NCBI GenBank assembly: GCA_002104945.1
Contig: MCFH01000101.1
Span: 8,373-72,372 of the forward strand
Length of the DNA: 64,000 nucleotides
Direction: 5' to 3'
Origin: Piromyces finnis finn
Taxonomy: Eukaryota > Fungi > Neocallimastigomycota
In this document: in pieces, positions 28,249 to 42,921 of the stretch
How positions within the stretch are numbered: position 1 is the first letter of the stretch
Layout: every line of letters begins with the position of its first letter
Position numbers and translations under genes: made by a program
The notes under the pieces: generated by a model
Told to the model about the DNA's origin: nothing
Database searches by the model: none
Seen by the model: only the letters and a program-made list of their open reading frames with translations

Positions 28249-28811
28249 TTGAATATATATGATTTTTATAACACTTTATATTTGTGAATTTCTTTTAACA
28301 TTTCTTGGAATTTTATTTAAATTATTTAAGGAAAAGATAATTTACAATATTATCCTTTAATATTTCTTGGGATTATACTTAAATTATTTAGGAGAAAAAT
28401 AGTTTACAATATTATTCTTTAATTTCTTCTAAGACAAATCAAATAAATGAGCGAATGTGCGGTTCTTTCTAATCGTAATTATTATTAAATATTTATGACT
28501 AATATAAAACTATCACTTAAATTGCTTTATTAAATATTTATATATATAAAAGCATTTCTAGTGAATTAAAGGAATAAACCTTTATTTAAATACATAGTCA
28601 TAAAAAATACTAATATTTCATAATTAAAATTGTTAAACTGGTGAGATTAATGATATATATTGTTTTTAATCTAATAATGATAAATGGACATTAATTAATC
28701 AATTCGATAATATTTAATTAAAATTTGTTTTTAAAAATACTTTCAGAATTCATGATTAGCAGGATCATATAACATTTCTTATATTATATATTTTGATTTT
28801 AGTAAAAATTT

Positions 28812-29047
28812 ATAAATATAAATATAAATATAAATATAAATATAAATATAAATATAAATATAAATAAATATAAATATAAATATAAATATAAATATAAATA
28901 TAAATATAAATATAAATATAAATATAAATATAAATATAAATATAAATATAAATATAAATATAAATATAAATATAAATATAAATATAAATATAAATATAAA
29001 TATAAATATAAATATAAATATAAATATAAATATAAATATAAATATAA
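28812..29047. repeat. (ATATAA)n microsatellite
   Basis: Perfect hexamer run. Confidence 0.95.
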
Positions 29048-29084
29048 TAAATAAAAAGTGGTATATTTATATTTTTTATTAAAA

Positions 29085-29156
29085 TGGAGAGTGAGTGATT
29101 CGAACACCCAACCTTCCGCTCTGGAGGCGGACGCGCTACCGTTGCGCCAACCCTCC
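29085..29156 (-). tRNA. tRNA-Trp(CCA)
   Basis: GGAGGGT/ACTCTCC acceptor, TCCGC-CT-CCA-GA-GCGGA anticodon arm. Confidence 0.95.
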
Positions 29157-29180
29157 CACTTCATTGACTTCTATTAATTT

Positions 29181-29790
29181 TGTTATGGTATGATATTACC
29201 TTAATTCTATAAATGAATATAGAAAGTGACAATCTGTATCTAAAATTTAATAAATAGAAATAAAAAAAAAAATAATAAATGATTTTTATACTTGTTCATT
29301 TGAAAATCTTTGTTAATTTAAAATATAAATTTATTTTATTTGTTCATTTGCAAGTCCTTGTTAGTTAAAAATATAAATTTATTTTATTTAATTATAAAGT
29401 TTTAATATTTAATAACTCTTGTATTATTAAATATATATATATATTATTATTATTCAATACATCTCGTATGTGTATTATTATAATTACAAATATTATTTTA
29501 TATAAATTATATATCTAATTTTACTGGATTATTAGGAACCATTTAATAAATTTAATATAATATATCTAATTTTGACGGATTATTAGGAACAATTTTTAAA
29601 ATAAAGTAATTCTAACACTATTTATACATTTATAGTATTTTAAAGTATTATATTAATAAACAATTAATTAGCTATTTAATTAATTAATAAATAAATAAGT
29701 AGTTTCTTGTTTACATTTATAATTTTAAAATTAATAATTTATATAAATACTTTAGTACTAATTTAATTATTTATTTGTGTTTAAAATAAT
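29181..29790 (-). repeat. Family-A LTR, terminus 24 bp upstream of tRNA-Trp
   Basis: TGTTATGG terminus matches the reverse complement of A ends (...TACCGTATCA); other end truncated. Confidence 0.7.
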
Positions 29791-29823
29791 GTTATTAATA
29801 AGTAGGGTTAGAGCATTATGACC

Positions 29824-29903
<80 letters not shown>

Positions 29904-29927
29904 GTAATAATAATAATAATAATAATA

Positions 29928-29986
<59 letters not shown>

Positions 29987-30299
29987 CTTTATAAAGAATT
30001 AATTTTATGAATTTAACTAAACTATTTATATTCTTTGTAAAATTTAATTTAATAATAAAATAACTTTCGATACATAATTTGTTTTCATAACATATTTAAT
30101 AATACTAAACTAAACATAAAAATAAAATATAATTTGTTAACTAGATATTAATAATATTAATAATACTAACTATTATATAAATAATTATTTATAGTTAAAA
30201 ATAGTATAATTTTTTAATTCAAAGATTATGAAATATTTTAATATTTTATTGAAATAATTATTATAAAATGAAGTTATTATCTTCCCGAGGATTAAATTG

Positions 30300-30697
30300 G
30301 AAAAGATAATTTAGTTTTACAGAATGATTTATGAGTGATACATCAGAAGTGATCATTCTCTGAATTATCAATAATCATTTGTGCATAAAAATTGTTAAAC
30401 ACGGTATCTCGCAAACCAGGAAAGATATCATGCTCGTGGCTTTCTAATGAACGTGGTTTCATCAAAGATAATTTCATCAAAAAACCAACATTCGTTGTCG
30501 AGCTATGAATGATTTTTGTTATTAAATTATGGTCTTAAGGGCTAAAGGTGTTTATAATAACCTTTATAGAGTGTTAAGATCGTATTACTTTAATTTTAAT
30601 ATTTACCAATATTGTTTTGTATTTTTTAAAATTTGATAAATATTAATTTTTTAATATTTCAAAAGTAATTTCACAACTTCAACTAGTATTCGTGACA
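30300..30697. repeat. Family-J LTR-like repeat
   Basis: Shares GTTGTCGAGCTATGA and terminal ACTAGTATTCGTGACA with 40930-41297; left boundary approximate. Confidence 0.55.
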
Positions 30698-30741
30698 TGA
30701 CCTGGAATTTATACTAAATATAGTATTTTCTGTTTGTTACA

Positions 30742-31255
30742 TGTCACAAATAATAAATAATTAAATTTATAAATTAAATATATTATTATAATGAAATTAT
30801 TTTAAACACAGATTAAAAGTAATTAAATTAGTATTAAAATATTTATATATAAAATCATTAGTTTTAAAATTATAAATGTAAACAAGAATTATTTTTTTTT
30901 CATTTGTTTATTAATTATCTATTTTAAAATATTAATATAACACTCTAAAATAGTATAAATGTATAAATAGTGATAGAATTAGTTTATTTAAAAAAATGTT
31001 CCTAATAATCCAGTAAAATTGGATATAAAATTTATGTTAAATAATATTTATAATTATATTTTACATACATACAAGGTGTATCAATTAATAGTATATAAAT
31101 ATTTAATAATGCAAGAGTTATTAAATATTAAAATTTTATACTTGAATAAAATAAAATTATATTTTAAAAAAAACTAACAAAGACTTGGTAAATGAAAAAG
31201 TTTATTTATTTTTAATAATTTATTTATTAAATTTTAGATATAGATATTATCACTG
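30742..31255 (+). repeat. Family-A LTR (3' truncated)
   Basis: TGTCACAAAT start; GTTCCTAATAATCC and CAAGAGTTATTAAAT motifs shared with other A copies. Confidence 0.65.
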
Positions 31256-31281
31256 TAAAGTGGGAGGGCTTGGGAGAGATA

Positions 31282-32172
31282 TGTAACTTGGTCAGAGCGT
31301 TTCTTTATTATAACTTATAACTTAATTCAATAATTAAAATATTAAATTTATTTATTATTAAACTTCTTCTTTAAAACGATTAAAGAATTTAAATAATAAT
31401 AATAATACGAATTTATAATTAAATGATTTTATAATTAAAACCTTTTTATTTAATATGATTATTTATAAATTTCATTTATTAATGATTTGATTATTAAAAT
31501 AATATTAATAATTGATATTGATATGAATTCATATGATAGCTCTTAAGATTAATCTTTAAAATTACTTTTAAATAAAAAGTATTGTTTTAACCATATTAAA
31601 TTGTAAATATTTAGTATTCTCAATCGAGAATAGAAATTAATGATACAAATTATATATTTTTATGATGATTAATTAATTAATAATTATTATTAATTACTTT
31701 TTGACCATAATGATTTTTGATTTTATTTGATTTTGATTATTGAGGTTATTAGCCAGAAATTATTTAAAATAAATACTAATTAATTTTTATAATTGATTGA
31801 TTAGATTTGAAATTAAGAGTAATTATTATCTAACCTTATTTAATAATAATGGAGAATTTTTGTGAATATTTGTGAGTATATAAGTTTTAACTAGTACTTT
31901 CTAACAAAACTAATTTGACGTCCCTAGAAAACGGAAATAGGACGCAATATTCGGAAGTTATTATTGTTTTCATATATTGTATATTTTGCATAAGGGTTAA
32001 TTTATTGAAAATCGAATCCTTGTGATTCTTAACCCTTTCCAATATTAAATTTTTCCAAAGTGACCTTTTAATTATTTTTAAGAGTATTTTATAATTTTTA
32101 AAATATAAAATTGGTTTTTAAATTATTTATTTGAATATTTAATTTATTATTAATTATCTTCTATTCTTAACA
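31282..32172 (+). mobile_element. Family-K LTR preceded by PPT-like GGGAGGGCTTGGGAGAGATA
   Basis: TGTAACTTGG...TTCTTAACA; inverted homologue of 24321-25489. Confidence 0.78.
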
Positions 32173-32894
32173 ATCACATTATATATTTATTTATAGAATT
32201 AAAATAATATCCACTTAGTATTATAAATTGTTGAGGTTCATAAATAAATTGTTGGAATAGTGGAATATCAATAAATAAGGTAGATAAATATAAAATAAAG
32301 TAAATTTATTAGTTATGCATAGGATTTATACTAGGATGGACTATACATCATTCACTTTACACTACAAAATATATTGTTATTTTACTTTAGTCCAATATAT
32401 TTTTAAATAATATAATATAATATTTTTAATAAATAATAAATTCTAGGATTTAGATGGAACAGTAAATTTAAAATAAAAGTGCGTTTTATAATTAACAAAT
32501 AAATCTCTTTAAAACTTAAAAAATAAATTTATCAATTATGCTTTTAAATTATCTCTTTATTATATTTTTATTATTTTTATTGTTTATTCATTGTCCCCCC
32601 CTTTTAAAGGAGAAATTTATCCTCCCTTTATGCATTTTTCATTTATTACATTTATTACATTTATTATTATTTTAACTATTTACTATTACTAATTACTATT
32701 GTTATTATTTGTTAAAATTAAAAGAATAAATTAAAATTATACTTTAGTATTATAAAATATTACTTATTTGATCCTCTTTTACTTCAGAATGTTTAAACTT
32801 AAAAAAAAGTTATTATTAATTATCATTAACTATCATTAAATGTATAATACCTTAAATAAAATAATTAAAATTTAAAATTAAAAGAATATTAAAC

Positions 32895-33146
32895 TAAAAT
32901 GAAATTAAAATGAAACTAAAATAAAATTAAAATGAAACTAAAATAAAATTAAAATGAAACTAAAATAAAATTAAAATGAAACTAAAATAAAATTAAAATG
33001 AAACTAAAATAAAATTAAAATGAAACTAAAATAAAATTAAAATGAAACTAAAATAAAATTAAAATGAAACTAAAATAAAATTAAAATGAAACTAAAATAA
33101 AATTAAAATGAAACTAAAATAAAATTAAAATGAAACTAAAATAAAA
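32895..33146. repeat. 22-bp minisatellite, about 11 copies
   Basis: Unit AAAATGAAACTAAAATAAAATT. Confidence 0.92.
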
Positions 33147-33683
33147 GTATCAATTATTATAAGCACTCATTTTATACAAAAACCAAAAACATAAAAGAAT
33201 TCTGTATTTTATCCTTAAAATTACTATTATTGTTCTATTTCCAGGTTTAAGTTTGTCACTTTTAGTAATAATTACTCAATTATTTAATTATTAGTTTTTA
33301 AATATAATTTTAAAAGAATTTTTAAGGGACATTTGGATAAACACTAGAATTAATAATTTGATATACACCATTTTATTTGAATTTATTCATTCATTTTTAT
33401 TTATTATTTTATTATTTTAATATACTAATACACTATTTAATTAAGTTGTTTTATTTAATAATTTATTTATATTTATTTCTATTAAGTCATTTTATTCAGA
33501 ATTTATTATTATTTATTTAATAAAGAGAATATTATTTATTTAAAAGGGTTATATTTTTATATAGTTATTATTCATTTATTTTAAAGGGTTATTGTTACTT
33601 ATTTTTATTAAAAGTCACTATGGGTTAAGTCGTGTTTATTCGGTTAGTTTTTATTATATTTTTGTGCGAGTAGCGTATCAAGA

Positions 33684-35165
33684 TGTAATAATTATTACTA
33701 TATATTTAATAATAATTATTATCTACAATATAATGATATAATATGTATTATTAAATTGAGAAGTTTCTTAAAAGAAAATAAAGAAATAAATACTTATCTT
33801 AAAGAGTTTATTATAAGTGAGCTATAATAAACAACACAAAATTTTAAAGATATTTTAGTTTAAATATTTTTATTAATATAGCTTTTTGAAAAAAGCTATT
33901 TACTATAATTGTCTTATAATAATAACTCTGGATTCTTTAATGGAATCCAAGAGTTCTCTTATTTATAATTTTATTAAAATTTAAAGTTAAATGAATAATT
34001 TCTAATCTTAACAAAAAATCTTTTTAGGAAAAGATTAGAAGAAAAACCTAAAAAGAAATTCGATTGATATCTTAGACATACCAATCATCGTAATATTAAG
34101 TAAAACTTAATAAAGGAAAAACCTTAATATCTGATATTTCTAATTTATTAAATAAAATAAAATAAAATAAAATAAAATAAAATAAAATAAAATAAAATAA
34201 AATAAAATAAAATAAAATAAAATAAAATAAAATAAAATAAAATAAAATAAAATAAAATAAAATAAAATAAAATAAAATAAAATAAAATAAAATAAAATAA
34301 AATAAAATAAAATAAAATAAAATAAAATAAAATAAAATAAAATAAAATAAAATAAAATAAAATAAAATAAAATAAAATAAAATAAAATATAATAAAATAA
34401 AATAAAATAAAATAAAATAAAATGTTACATAATTTATAATTTGTGAAATTTTTGTATAATAATTTTACTAATAAATAAATAAATGGAAATGGATTATTAA
34501 TCTCTAAATAAATACTATTAATTAAACTAAATATACGTAAAACCAATGTATTAAATAAATTTACTATATTATTTAAATGAATGAATAAATATATTTTAAA
34601 TAAATATTTATAATGTAATTAAATGAATAAGTAGTTAATGCATTAAGTAAACTTACTATATTATATTAATGAATAAATAAATATATATTAAATAAATTCA
34701 ATAAATTTTTATATAATGTTTAATTACATAATATAACTAAGAATGAATATTAAGTAATTTAATATTAATTCTTACATTGCTCCTCTTCAAATGATTCTTT
34801 AAGTTCAGGATTCCTTTTTACACATGGTTCTAATTGTGAGATATGAAATATAGGTTGAAGGTGTAAGTTTTCTGGCAACTCCAGGTGGTTATTCATTCTT
34901 TCCCTCTTCTCAATGATTTTAAATAGCCCTAAATATTGTGAAGATAATTTTTTAGAAGGTTCATTGGAAAAATAGTATCTCTTTAGTTAAACCATGTCAT
35001 TCACTTTAAAGTCAGAACCAGTAGATTTTTTTGGATTACCGAATTTCTTGAAATCTTCTTTAGCTTTGACTAAGTGGGCTTTTAAACCATCAAAATGAGA
35101 ATCCCAGTCACTAGAAAGTTTTGAAATATTATCCTTAAGGAGAATTGGAGGTGAGTCTATTATGC
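33684..35165 (-). mobile_element. Truncated family-E element: integrase C-terminus, PPT and 3' LTR (33684-34776)
   Basis: 34777-35160 is homologous to the 61000-61367 integrase tail; AAGAGGAGCAA|TGTAAG junction; LTR carries an (AAAAT)n expansion at 34148-34421. Confidence 0.85.
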
Positions 35166-35240
35166 AAAATTAATTATGATTTACAAAAAAAAAAAAAAAA
35201 AACTATCCAATAGGAATTTGAATTTTTTAAAAAATATTTA

Positions 35241-35311
35241 TGCGTTAACCGGGAATCGAACCCGGGCCATTTGCTTGGAAGGCAAATATTCTACCTCTAT
35301 ACTATTAACGC
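35241..35311 (-). tRNA. tRNA-Gly(TCC)
   Basis: GCGTTAA/TTAACGC acceptor, TTTGC-CT-TCC-AA-GCAAA anticodon arm. Confidence 0.95.
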
Positions 35312-35317
35312 CTCATA

Positions 35318-36132
35318 TGTTAATATGATAAATAATGAAATTAATAAATATAAAATTATTATTAAACCTTAAGTTAACCCTAAAAGTAACTTAAAATAAG
35401 TTATAGTTTAATTAAGTACTTTACCAAAATTCTTAAATAAAATTAATCCTAAACACTGCATATATTTTGATTATTGAAAGAAATTAATAAACTTTAATTA
35501 ATCGAGATCAAAATATATAACTTTTGTTAAATTAATTGTTAAATTAAATGTTTAATAACTTCGTTAGTAAATTACACTTTAAAAGTAAACAAATATAATA
35601 ATTCATGTTATAAAATAATATAATTAAACACCTTTATTAAAACATTAAAAATAATTATTACTTTAATTAATTGTAAAATTAACAACTTTTTATATTCTTT
35701 AACTTTTAATTATTTCTTTTATTGTTATTTCTAATTACTTTTATTACTTTTATTGTAAATAGTTATTAATTTTATTGTTTTAATGTAAATAGTTTAAATT
35801 TAAAAGAAAATATAAATACATGTAAATATCCTTATTTTAATCATTATTATTATTATTAATAAAGAAATATTATATAGTTTAGTTAATATTTTTTTAATTT
35901 TAATAATCACTTTTATACTTAAATAAATAAAATTTTAAATATTTAAATATTAGAAAAACGAGTGTTTCTAATAAAACAATTTAGTGTCTTAATAAAACAA
36001 TTTTATTAATTTTTATAAAAACAATTTTAAATTCTAATCCATATAACTTATATAGTTATACTCAAAGATATAATATAATAATCACTTTTTGAAGTAAAAT
36101 TCAAAATTAAGATTATTATCAAATTATATCAA
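35318..36132. repeat. Family-H repeat, uninterrupted copy
   Basis: Colinear with 37050-37821 plus 39681-39725; termini and TSD not clear. Confidence 0.75.
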
Positions 36133-36553
36133 ATATTGATACGTGACGAAAGGAAAATACTACTTTTGGCATAAACTCTAGGTCAATTCACATAAGGGTC
36201 AAGATAATAATAAATTAATACTTTTAATTAATAATAAAATTAATATAAAATTAATTAATAAAAAAATATTTAATATGTACTAATATAAATAATTAATAAT
36301 TAAATAATTTAAAATAATGTTCTTGATTTTATAATTAAGTTCCAAAGATAATAAGATATAATAAAATAATAAGTGAGAAGAATTTTAGTAATAGTTTAGT
36401 TAGTAATATTATTAGTGAATGAATAGTTTATTTGTATAAGAAAGATAATTATTTAAATATGTATTATTAATAAATAAATGTATAAATACTAAGTATAATA
36501 TATTTTAATAAATAAAGATAAATATTTAATAATAATGAAATGTTTCTTTTGTT

Positions 36554-36923
<370 letters not shown>

Positions 36924-37821
36924 AATAAATAAATAGTTAGTAAACATATCCCATAATTATTAATAACTGGAATATATTATTTCAGCATACTTCCTTATTA
37001 TCACAACCTTAGAATAAATAATAATATTATGATATTTTATTTCATATCGTATCAATATGATAAATAATGAATTTAATAAATATAAAATTATTATTATACC
37101 TGATTTTTAAGTTAACCTTAAAAGTAACTTAAAATAAGTTATAGTTTAATTAATTACTTTTACCAGAATTTTAAAATAAAATTAATCCTTAACACTGCAT
37201 ATATTTTGATTATTGAAAGAAAAAATAATAAATTTTAATTAATCGAGATCAAAATATATAACTTTTGTTAAATTAATTGATAAATTAAATACTTAATAAC
37301 TTCTTTAATAAATTACACTTTAAAAGTAAACAAATATAATAATTCATATTATAAAATAATATAATTAAACACCTTTATTAAAACATTAAAAATAATTATT
37401 ACTTTAATTAATTGTAAAATAAACAACTTTTTATATTCTTTAACTTTTAATTATTTCTTTTATTGTTATTGGTAATTGCTTTTATTGTAAATAGTTATTA
37501 ATTTTATTATTTATTTTAATGTAAATAGTTTAAATTTAAAATAAAATATAAATACATGTAAATATTCTTATTTTAATCATTATTAGTATTAATAATAAAG
37601 AAAATATTATATAGTTTAGTTAGTATTTCTATAATTTTAATAATCATTTTAATAACTTAATAAATAAAATTTTAAATATTTAAATATTAGAAAAACGAGT
37701 GTTTCTAATAAAACAATTTAGTGCTGTAACAAAACAATTTTATTAATTTTTATAAAACATTATTTTATAAATATAACTTATACAGTTATATCTAAAGATA
37801 TAATATAATAATCACTTTTTG

Positions 37822-38673
37822 TGTTAAATCACGCAGATTCGGGTTAGGTTTGGATTAATTAACTAGGTCGGGAATGGTTATAAACTAATAATAATAGAAA
37901 TTAATTTTCTTAATTATCCGGTTATTGGATTAAATTATATGCAATGGCTTTATTAACTAAAATAACACTTTAATTTCAAATTTCATTAAATTAAAATTAA
38001 GTTTAAATCAACTTTTATTTATAAAATTAGTTACAAGGGAAATCTAATGTAATTTATTAATCTTTACTATTATTAATTTATCTAATTAAAATTAATAATC
38101 TTACTACTGATCAACATTTAACTAAACTACTCTATTTATACTAATTTCACAAAGTTACAATTTTTACATAATTAATCATTAATCCACATGGCTATTTTAT
38201 TAATATTAATTAATTAATTTTTGTAACTATGATTTTTATAAACTGTTACGAGTAATAATAATTATTAATATAATATATTATTATTTTAAGTCATGAGTTT
38301 AAATAACTTCTCACAACTTTTATCATCTGATTACTAATTTAGTAATTAATAATTAAATTTATTATTAATAGTAATACTTAAACCAATATCTAAAAGTTTA
38401 GAAAAATTTTTATTAATTTTAAGTGTGAAATTTTTAATATTTAATTTATACTGAATTCCCTTTAATTGGTCATAAGTATCTCAACTTTTTGGAATATTGA
38501 TGATTTAAATGTACCAAAAGATAGCTTAGGCCTTTAGCTTTCTAATGTTCATAATATCATCAAAGTAATTTGATTTTTCCAGTAATTTTCTTGGGTTTCG
38601 TAATTCAAACTTCATTCAAGGGTTAAGTGTTTCACATCTATGGGATTATCTAAACCCACTTAGATTCATGACA
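37822..38673. mobile_element. Family-G solo LTR, TSD TTTTG
   Basis: TGTTAAATC...ATTCATGACA; TTTTG at 37817-37821 and 38674-38678. Confidence 0.85.
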
Positions 38674-38679
38674 TTTTGA

Positions 38680-39680
38680 TGTTAAGTTTTTGGATTTGGT
38701 TATGCGGCCAGGTCAGAATGTTATCAATTATATAGTAAATATGTTTTTAAGAAATTAAATTTAAATATAAAATAACCCTTTAAACTTCCAAATGAAAAAT
38801 TAATATTTATTCTTTAGAATAACTTTTTTTATAAAATTTTATTTATTTATTAATAATAATATAAATGATAATATATTTAATAACTATATAATTAAGATTA
38901 TAACTATAATCTTTACAAAGAATTAAAATCAAATTCAATTCATTCTATTTTATATTCTTTGTTCAGATTATTAAATTGATAAAAATAAAGTATTACATGT
39001 AATATGTTAATAATATAATAAGATTGTTTGTTTGTTTGTTTGTTTGTTTGTTTTGTCATGACATAAAATAAAATAAACATATGATTAATCATTTAAACAC
39101 TTGATCTATTAACCTATTTTATAATAATTAAAATTATTTAATTTATAAATGTTAACTGTTACACCTAAATGGTTTAGTTCTATTTTTAGTAACAGTCACT
39201 ATCATTAATTAAATTAATATAATTAGAATTTCTATTGATATCTTTTTAATTTTCGTCAAGTCATAAGAAATGTCTATGATCCATACTTGATATCATATTA
39301 ATTTTAATTTACTTATTAAAATCTTCAAATGATCATATCTTCCTTAAATGACCAGTTAGAAGGACCGCGATTATACCAAAATATAGCTTTTCCCTTAAGC
39401 TTTCTAATAAACCTGGTTTCACAACCGTAGCACTTACAGCCGTAGCGATAGTTTTTGGCGAGTTATGCGTAGTTTCGTATTTGTTTATTTTTGGCTAAGG
39501 GTTATAGTGTATTGATATTAAATTTTTTGAAATCATAACCCTTTCACTGAACCAAAATTTAAAAGGTGACTTTTAAAGGTGTTTTAAAATAATTATTGGG
39601 ATCATTTAATTCTAATTATTATGTTTAATTAATTATAGATATTATCTGAATTTGTTTTAAATCCAGTTAATATCTTCACA
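38680..39680. mobile_element. Family-F solo LTR, TSD TTTGA, with extra insert of about 430 bp
   Basis: TGTTAAG...ATATCTTCACA; TTTGA on both sides; 66 bp upstream of tRNA-Arg. Confidence 0.9.
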
Positions 39681-39746
39681 TTTGAAGTAAAATTCAAAAT
39701 TAAGATTATTATAAAATTATATCAACGCCTTTTTAAATTAATAAAA

Positions 39747-39820
39747 GCTCGCGTAGCCTAATTGGATAGGGCGTCAGACTTCTAATCTGAAGATTGCGGG
39801 TTCGAGTCCCGCCGTGAGTG
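39747..39820 (+). tRNA. tRNA-Arg(TCT)
   Basis: Identical to 26978-27051. Confidence 0.96.
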
Positions 39821-39902
39821 AATAATGAATTTTTTTTTACAAAAATTGCTGAATATTTTTATATTATTTTATATTGATTAAAATAAATGTCATTTATTTT
39901 TA

Positions 39903-39934
<32 letters not shown>

Positions 39935-40345
39935 TAATATGTTTTAAACTATAACAAAAAAGAAAAGAACAGAAAAAAAAAGTTTAAAAATTAAAAATTA
40001 TTGGAGTTAAAAGTTAATGTTAATCATTAAGTGGACTCTTAAAATTAAATAGATATTTGATGAACTTAAAATAAGATTAAAATTACTTTTATCATAAGCT
40101 TGCCAGATAAAATATAACGCAAGTCACAAAAATATACTATTTCAATATATACTAATATATTAATTGAAAAGTGAAAATATTTATTATTTATTTAAAAAGT
40201 ATTGTTTAAAGCTTATTCTTATTAAGTTATAGAATAAATAATTGATAATTCTAATTATAGATTCTCATAAATGGTTAATAATTGTTATTAATTGCTTCGA
40301 TCTGTTTCGATCAAATCAAACAATCTTTTGATTCTTTGATTAAAG

Positions 40346-40377
40346 TAATAATATTATTATTAATAATAATAATGATG

Positions 40378-40447
<70 letters not shown>

Positions 40448-40466
40448 TAATAATAATAATAATAAC

Positions 40467-40522
<56 letters not shown>

Positions 40523-40526
40523 TAAC

Positions 40527-40597
<71 letters not shown>

Positions 40598-40607
40598 TAA
40601 CAATAAC

Positions 40608-40652
<45 letters not shown>
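40346..40652. repeat. (ATA)n microsatellite with ACA variants
   Basis: Trinucleotide run. Confidence 0.93.
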
Positions 40653-40653
<1 letters not shown>

Positions 40654-40888
40654 GAAAATTTTTAAATGAAATTATTTTTCGTAAGTTAGATGACTTGAAT
40701 AATGATTTAAATATATATATTATCTTTTATTATATTATATATACTATTATTAATCAATTTAATATTTAATATAGTATATTGATATAATACTAATTAAATC
40801 CTTAATATAACTATACCTTGCTAAGTAATAGTGGAAATTGGGAAAATTAGCAGAAATTTTGTGATAATATAGATTTAAGTTAAGGCTT

Positions 40889-40922
<34 letters not shown>

Positions 40923-40929
40923 TTAAGCA

Positions 40930-41297
40930 TTGATATTTCATGAATCAGCAGAAATATCAAATCCATTTTAACATATGTTGTTGTTCACGAGTGTGACCCT
41001 ATCTAATAATCATAATTTTATGCAAAAATATTTTCATCCAAAAATTCACATTTGTTGTTGAGCTATGATTGTTTCTCTTTTGCTATTTATAATCTTAAAG
41101 GTTAAAAGTGTTTGCATTAATTTTTTATAAAAGGTAAAGGTCATGCTAATGCTGCTTTAATCTTTAACAAGTTTAATATTTCTTAACATTGTTATATAAT
41201 TTTAAAATTTGATAATAATTAATTTTTCTATATTTTAAAAGTAATTTTGCAATTTCAAGATCACTTGAAATTGCAGATTTCACTAGTATCCGTGACA
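40930..41297. repeat. Family-J LTR-like repeat
   Basis: Ends ACTAGTATCCGTGACA as at 30697; left boundary approximate. Confidence 0.55.
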
Positions 41298-41300
41298 CAT

Positions 41301-41768
41301 TGTTAAATCTTAGAGTTTGGTTATGCGGCCAAGTCAGAATGTTATTAATTACATAGTAAAAATGTTTTGTAAGAAATTAAATTTAATTATAATATAACCC
41401 TTAAAACTTCCAAATAAGAAAAGTCAATATTTGGTTTTAAAATAACTTTATTATAAAATTTTATTTATTTAATAATAATAATATAAAATGATAATATATT
41501 TAGTAACTATATAATTAATATTATAACTATAATCTTTACAAAGAATTAAAATCGAATTCAATTCATTCTATTTTTCCTCTGTTAAGATAGAGATAAGGTA
41601 TTACATGTAATATATTAATAATAGAATACTTACACTGAATCAAAATTTAAAAGGTGACTTTTAAAGGTGTCTTAAAGTAATTATTGAAATTATTTAATTA
41701 TAATTATTATGTTTAATTAATTATAGATATTATCTGAATTTATTTTAAATCCAGTTAATATCTTCACA
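41301..41768. mobile_element. Family-F solo LTR (internally deleted)
   Basis: TGTTAAATC...GGTTATGCGGCC...ATATCTTCACA; CACAT on the left and overlapping the right end. Confidence 0.85.
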
Positions 41769-41771
41769 CAT

Positions 41772-42420
41772 TGTCAAGAATCTAAGTGGATTTAAGTTTA
41801 TAATTAAGTCTACTAGGTTAGGATAGGCTTAATTATATAGTAAAGTAAGTGTTAAGATAAGGAATAATAAATATAGTTTTTAAAGAATTATTTTATTCAG
41901 CTTTTATTAATATATAAATATTAATTATTAATTTTTAAATATTGAATTTACTATATAAAAAAAGAGTATTAATAATCTCACAAAGAACTTCTTAAAATCG
42001 TTCTTTGTTCAACTTATTTATACTTTCATTTTTAATATAATATTGATATTAATAAAGTATAATAATAATAATATTTTTAAGTTATACATGTATAATAATA
42101 TAAATATAAATATTAATAAAATATAATAATATAATAATATAAAAATATAATTTTCTTTAAATATTGATATTAATAAGTTGTTAAAAATAATATTAATAAT
42201 TGTTTAAATGAATCATATTTTACTAATTGGTTTGTTTAATATTAATTAATTGTTACACTATTTATCTCCGGATAATAAATAGCTTCCCAATTAATATTTA
42301 TATTAAATCAACTATTATTAGTAAAATATTATTAAATTAATATTTTAATTAATTTAATTAATAATTTCAAAATTATGAAATTTCATGAAATGTCGAATTT
42401 CATGAATTGAGATTTTGACA
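41772..42420. mobile_element. Family-I solo LTR, TSD CACAT, 68 bp upstream of tRNA-Met
   Basis: TGTCAAGA...GATTTTGACA; CACAT at 41767-41771 and 42421-42425. Confidence 0.9.
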
Positions 42421-42488
42421 CACATATAAAAAATTTATATAGTTTTTATAATTTAGTTAATAAAATTTTCACGAAAAAAAAGTGTAAA

Positions 42489-42561
42489 GCGAAGTTGGCG
42501 CAGTCGGCAGCGCGTAAGTCTCATAATCTTAAGGTCGTGAGTTCGAACCTCACACTTCGCA
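42489..42561 (+). tRNA. tRNA-Met(CAT), elongator type
   Basis: Identical to 58-130. Confidence 0.96.
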
Positions 42562-42921
42562 GTTTTTTATTAATTGAAGCAATATAATATTTTTATACTC
42601 TGATGTTTTAACCTTTTCAAAAATTTTTACCCATAAAAATTGACATTTATAAATTTTTAATTATTTTAAATAAATTATTTGAATTTTTAAATTATTAGTA
42701 TTAATTTTAAAAGTTAAATTAGATAAGTGCTATTTGAAATTAATTTTGAATCAAATTAATGTCTTTACATTTTAATATTGTAGAGCTTATTTCTTTTTAT
42801 CTATAATACAATAAGCCTTTAATATTGATACGTTATTTTTATATAAAGTAACTTAAAATAATATGACAAGCTAGTTAAACGCTATAAATAATATATTAAT
42901 AATTTATTTTAATAAAAAGAA

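Larger units (their letters stand above)
37050..39725. repeat. Family-H repeat interrupted by G and F LTRs
   Basis: ATCACTTTTTG|...|AAGTAAAATTCAAAATTAAG matches the empty site at 36081-36110. Confidence 0.8.

Noticed and set aside
32175-32610. Minus-strand PPT-like AAAAGGGGGGGACAA followed by a possible LTR
   Set aside because: No second copy, TSD or internal domain to support boundaries
35312-35330. Repeat H starting 6 bp upstream of tRNA-Gly as another proximal-window insertion
   Set aside because: H termini and TSD could not be established, so it was excluded from the distance tally
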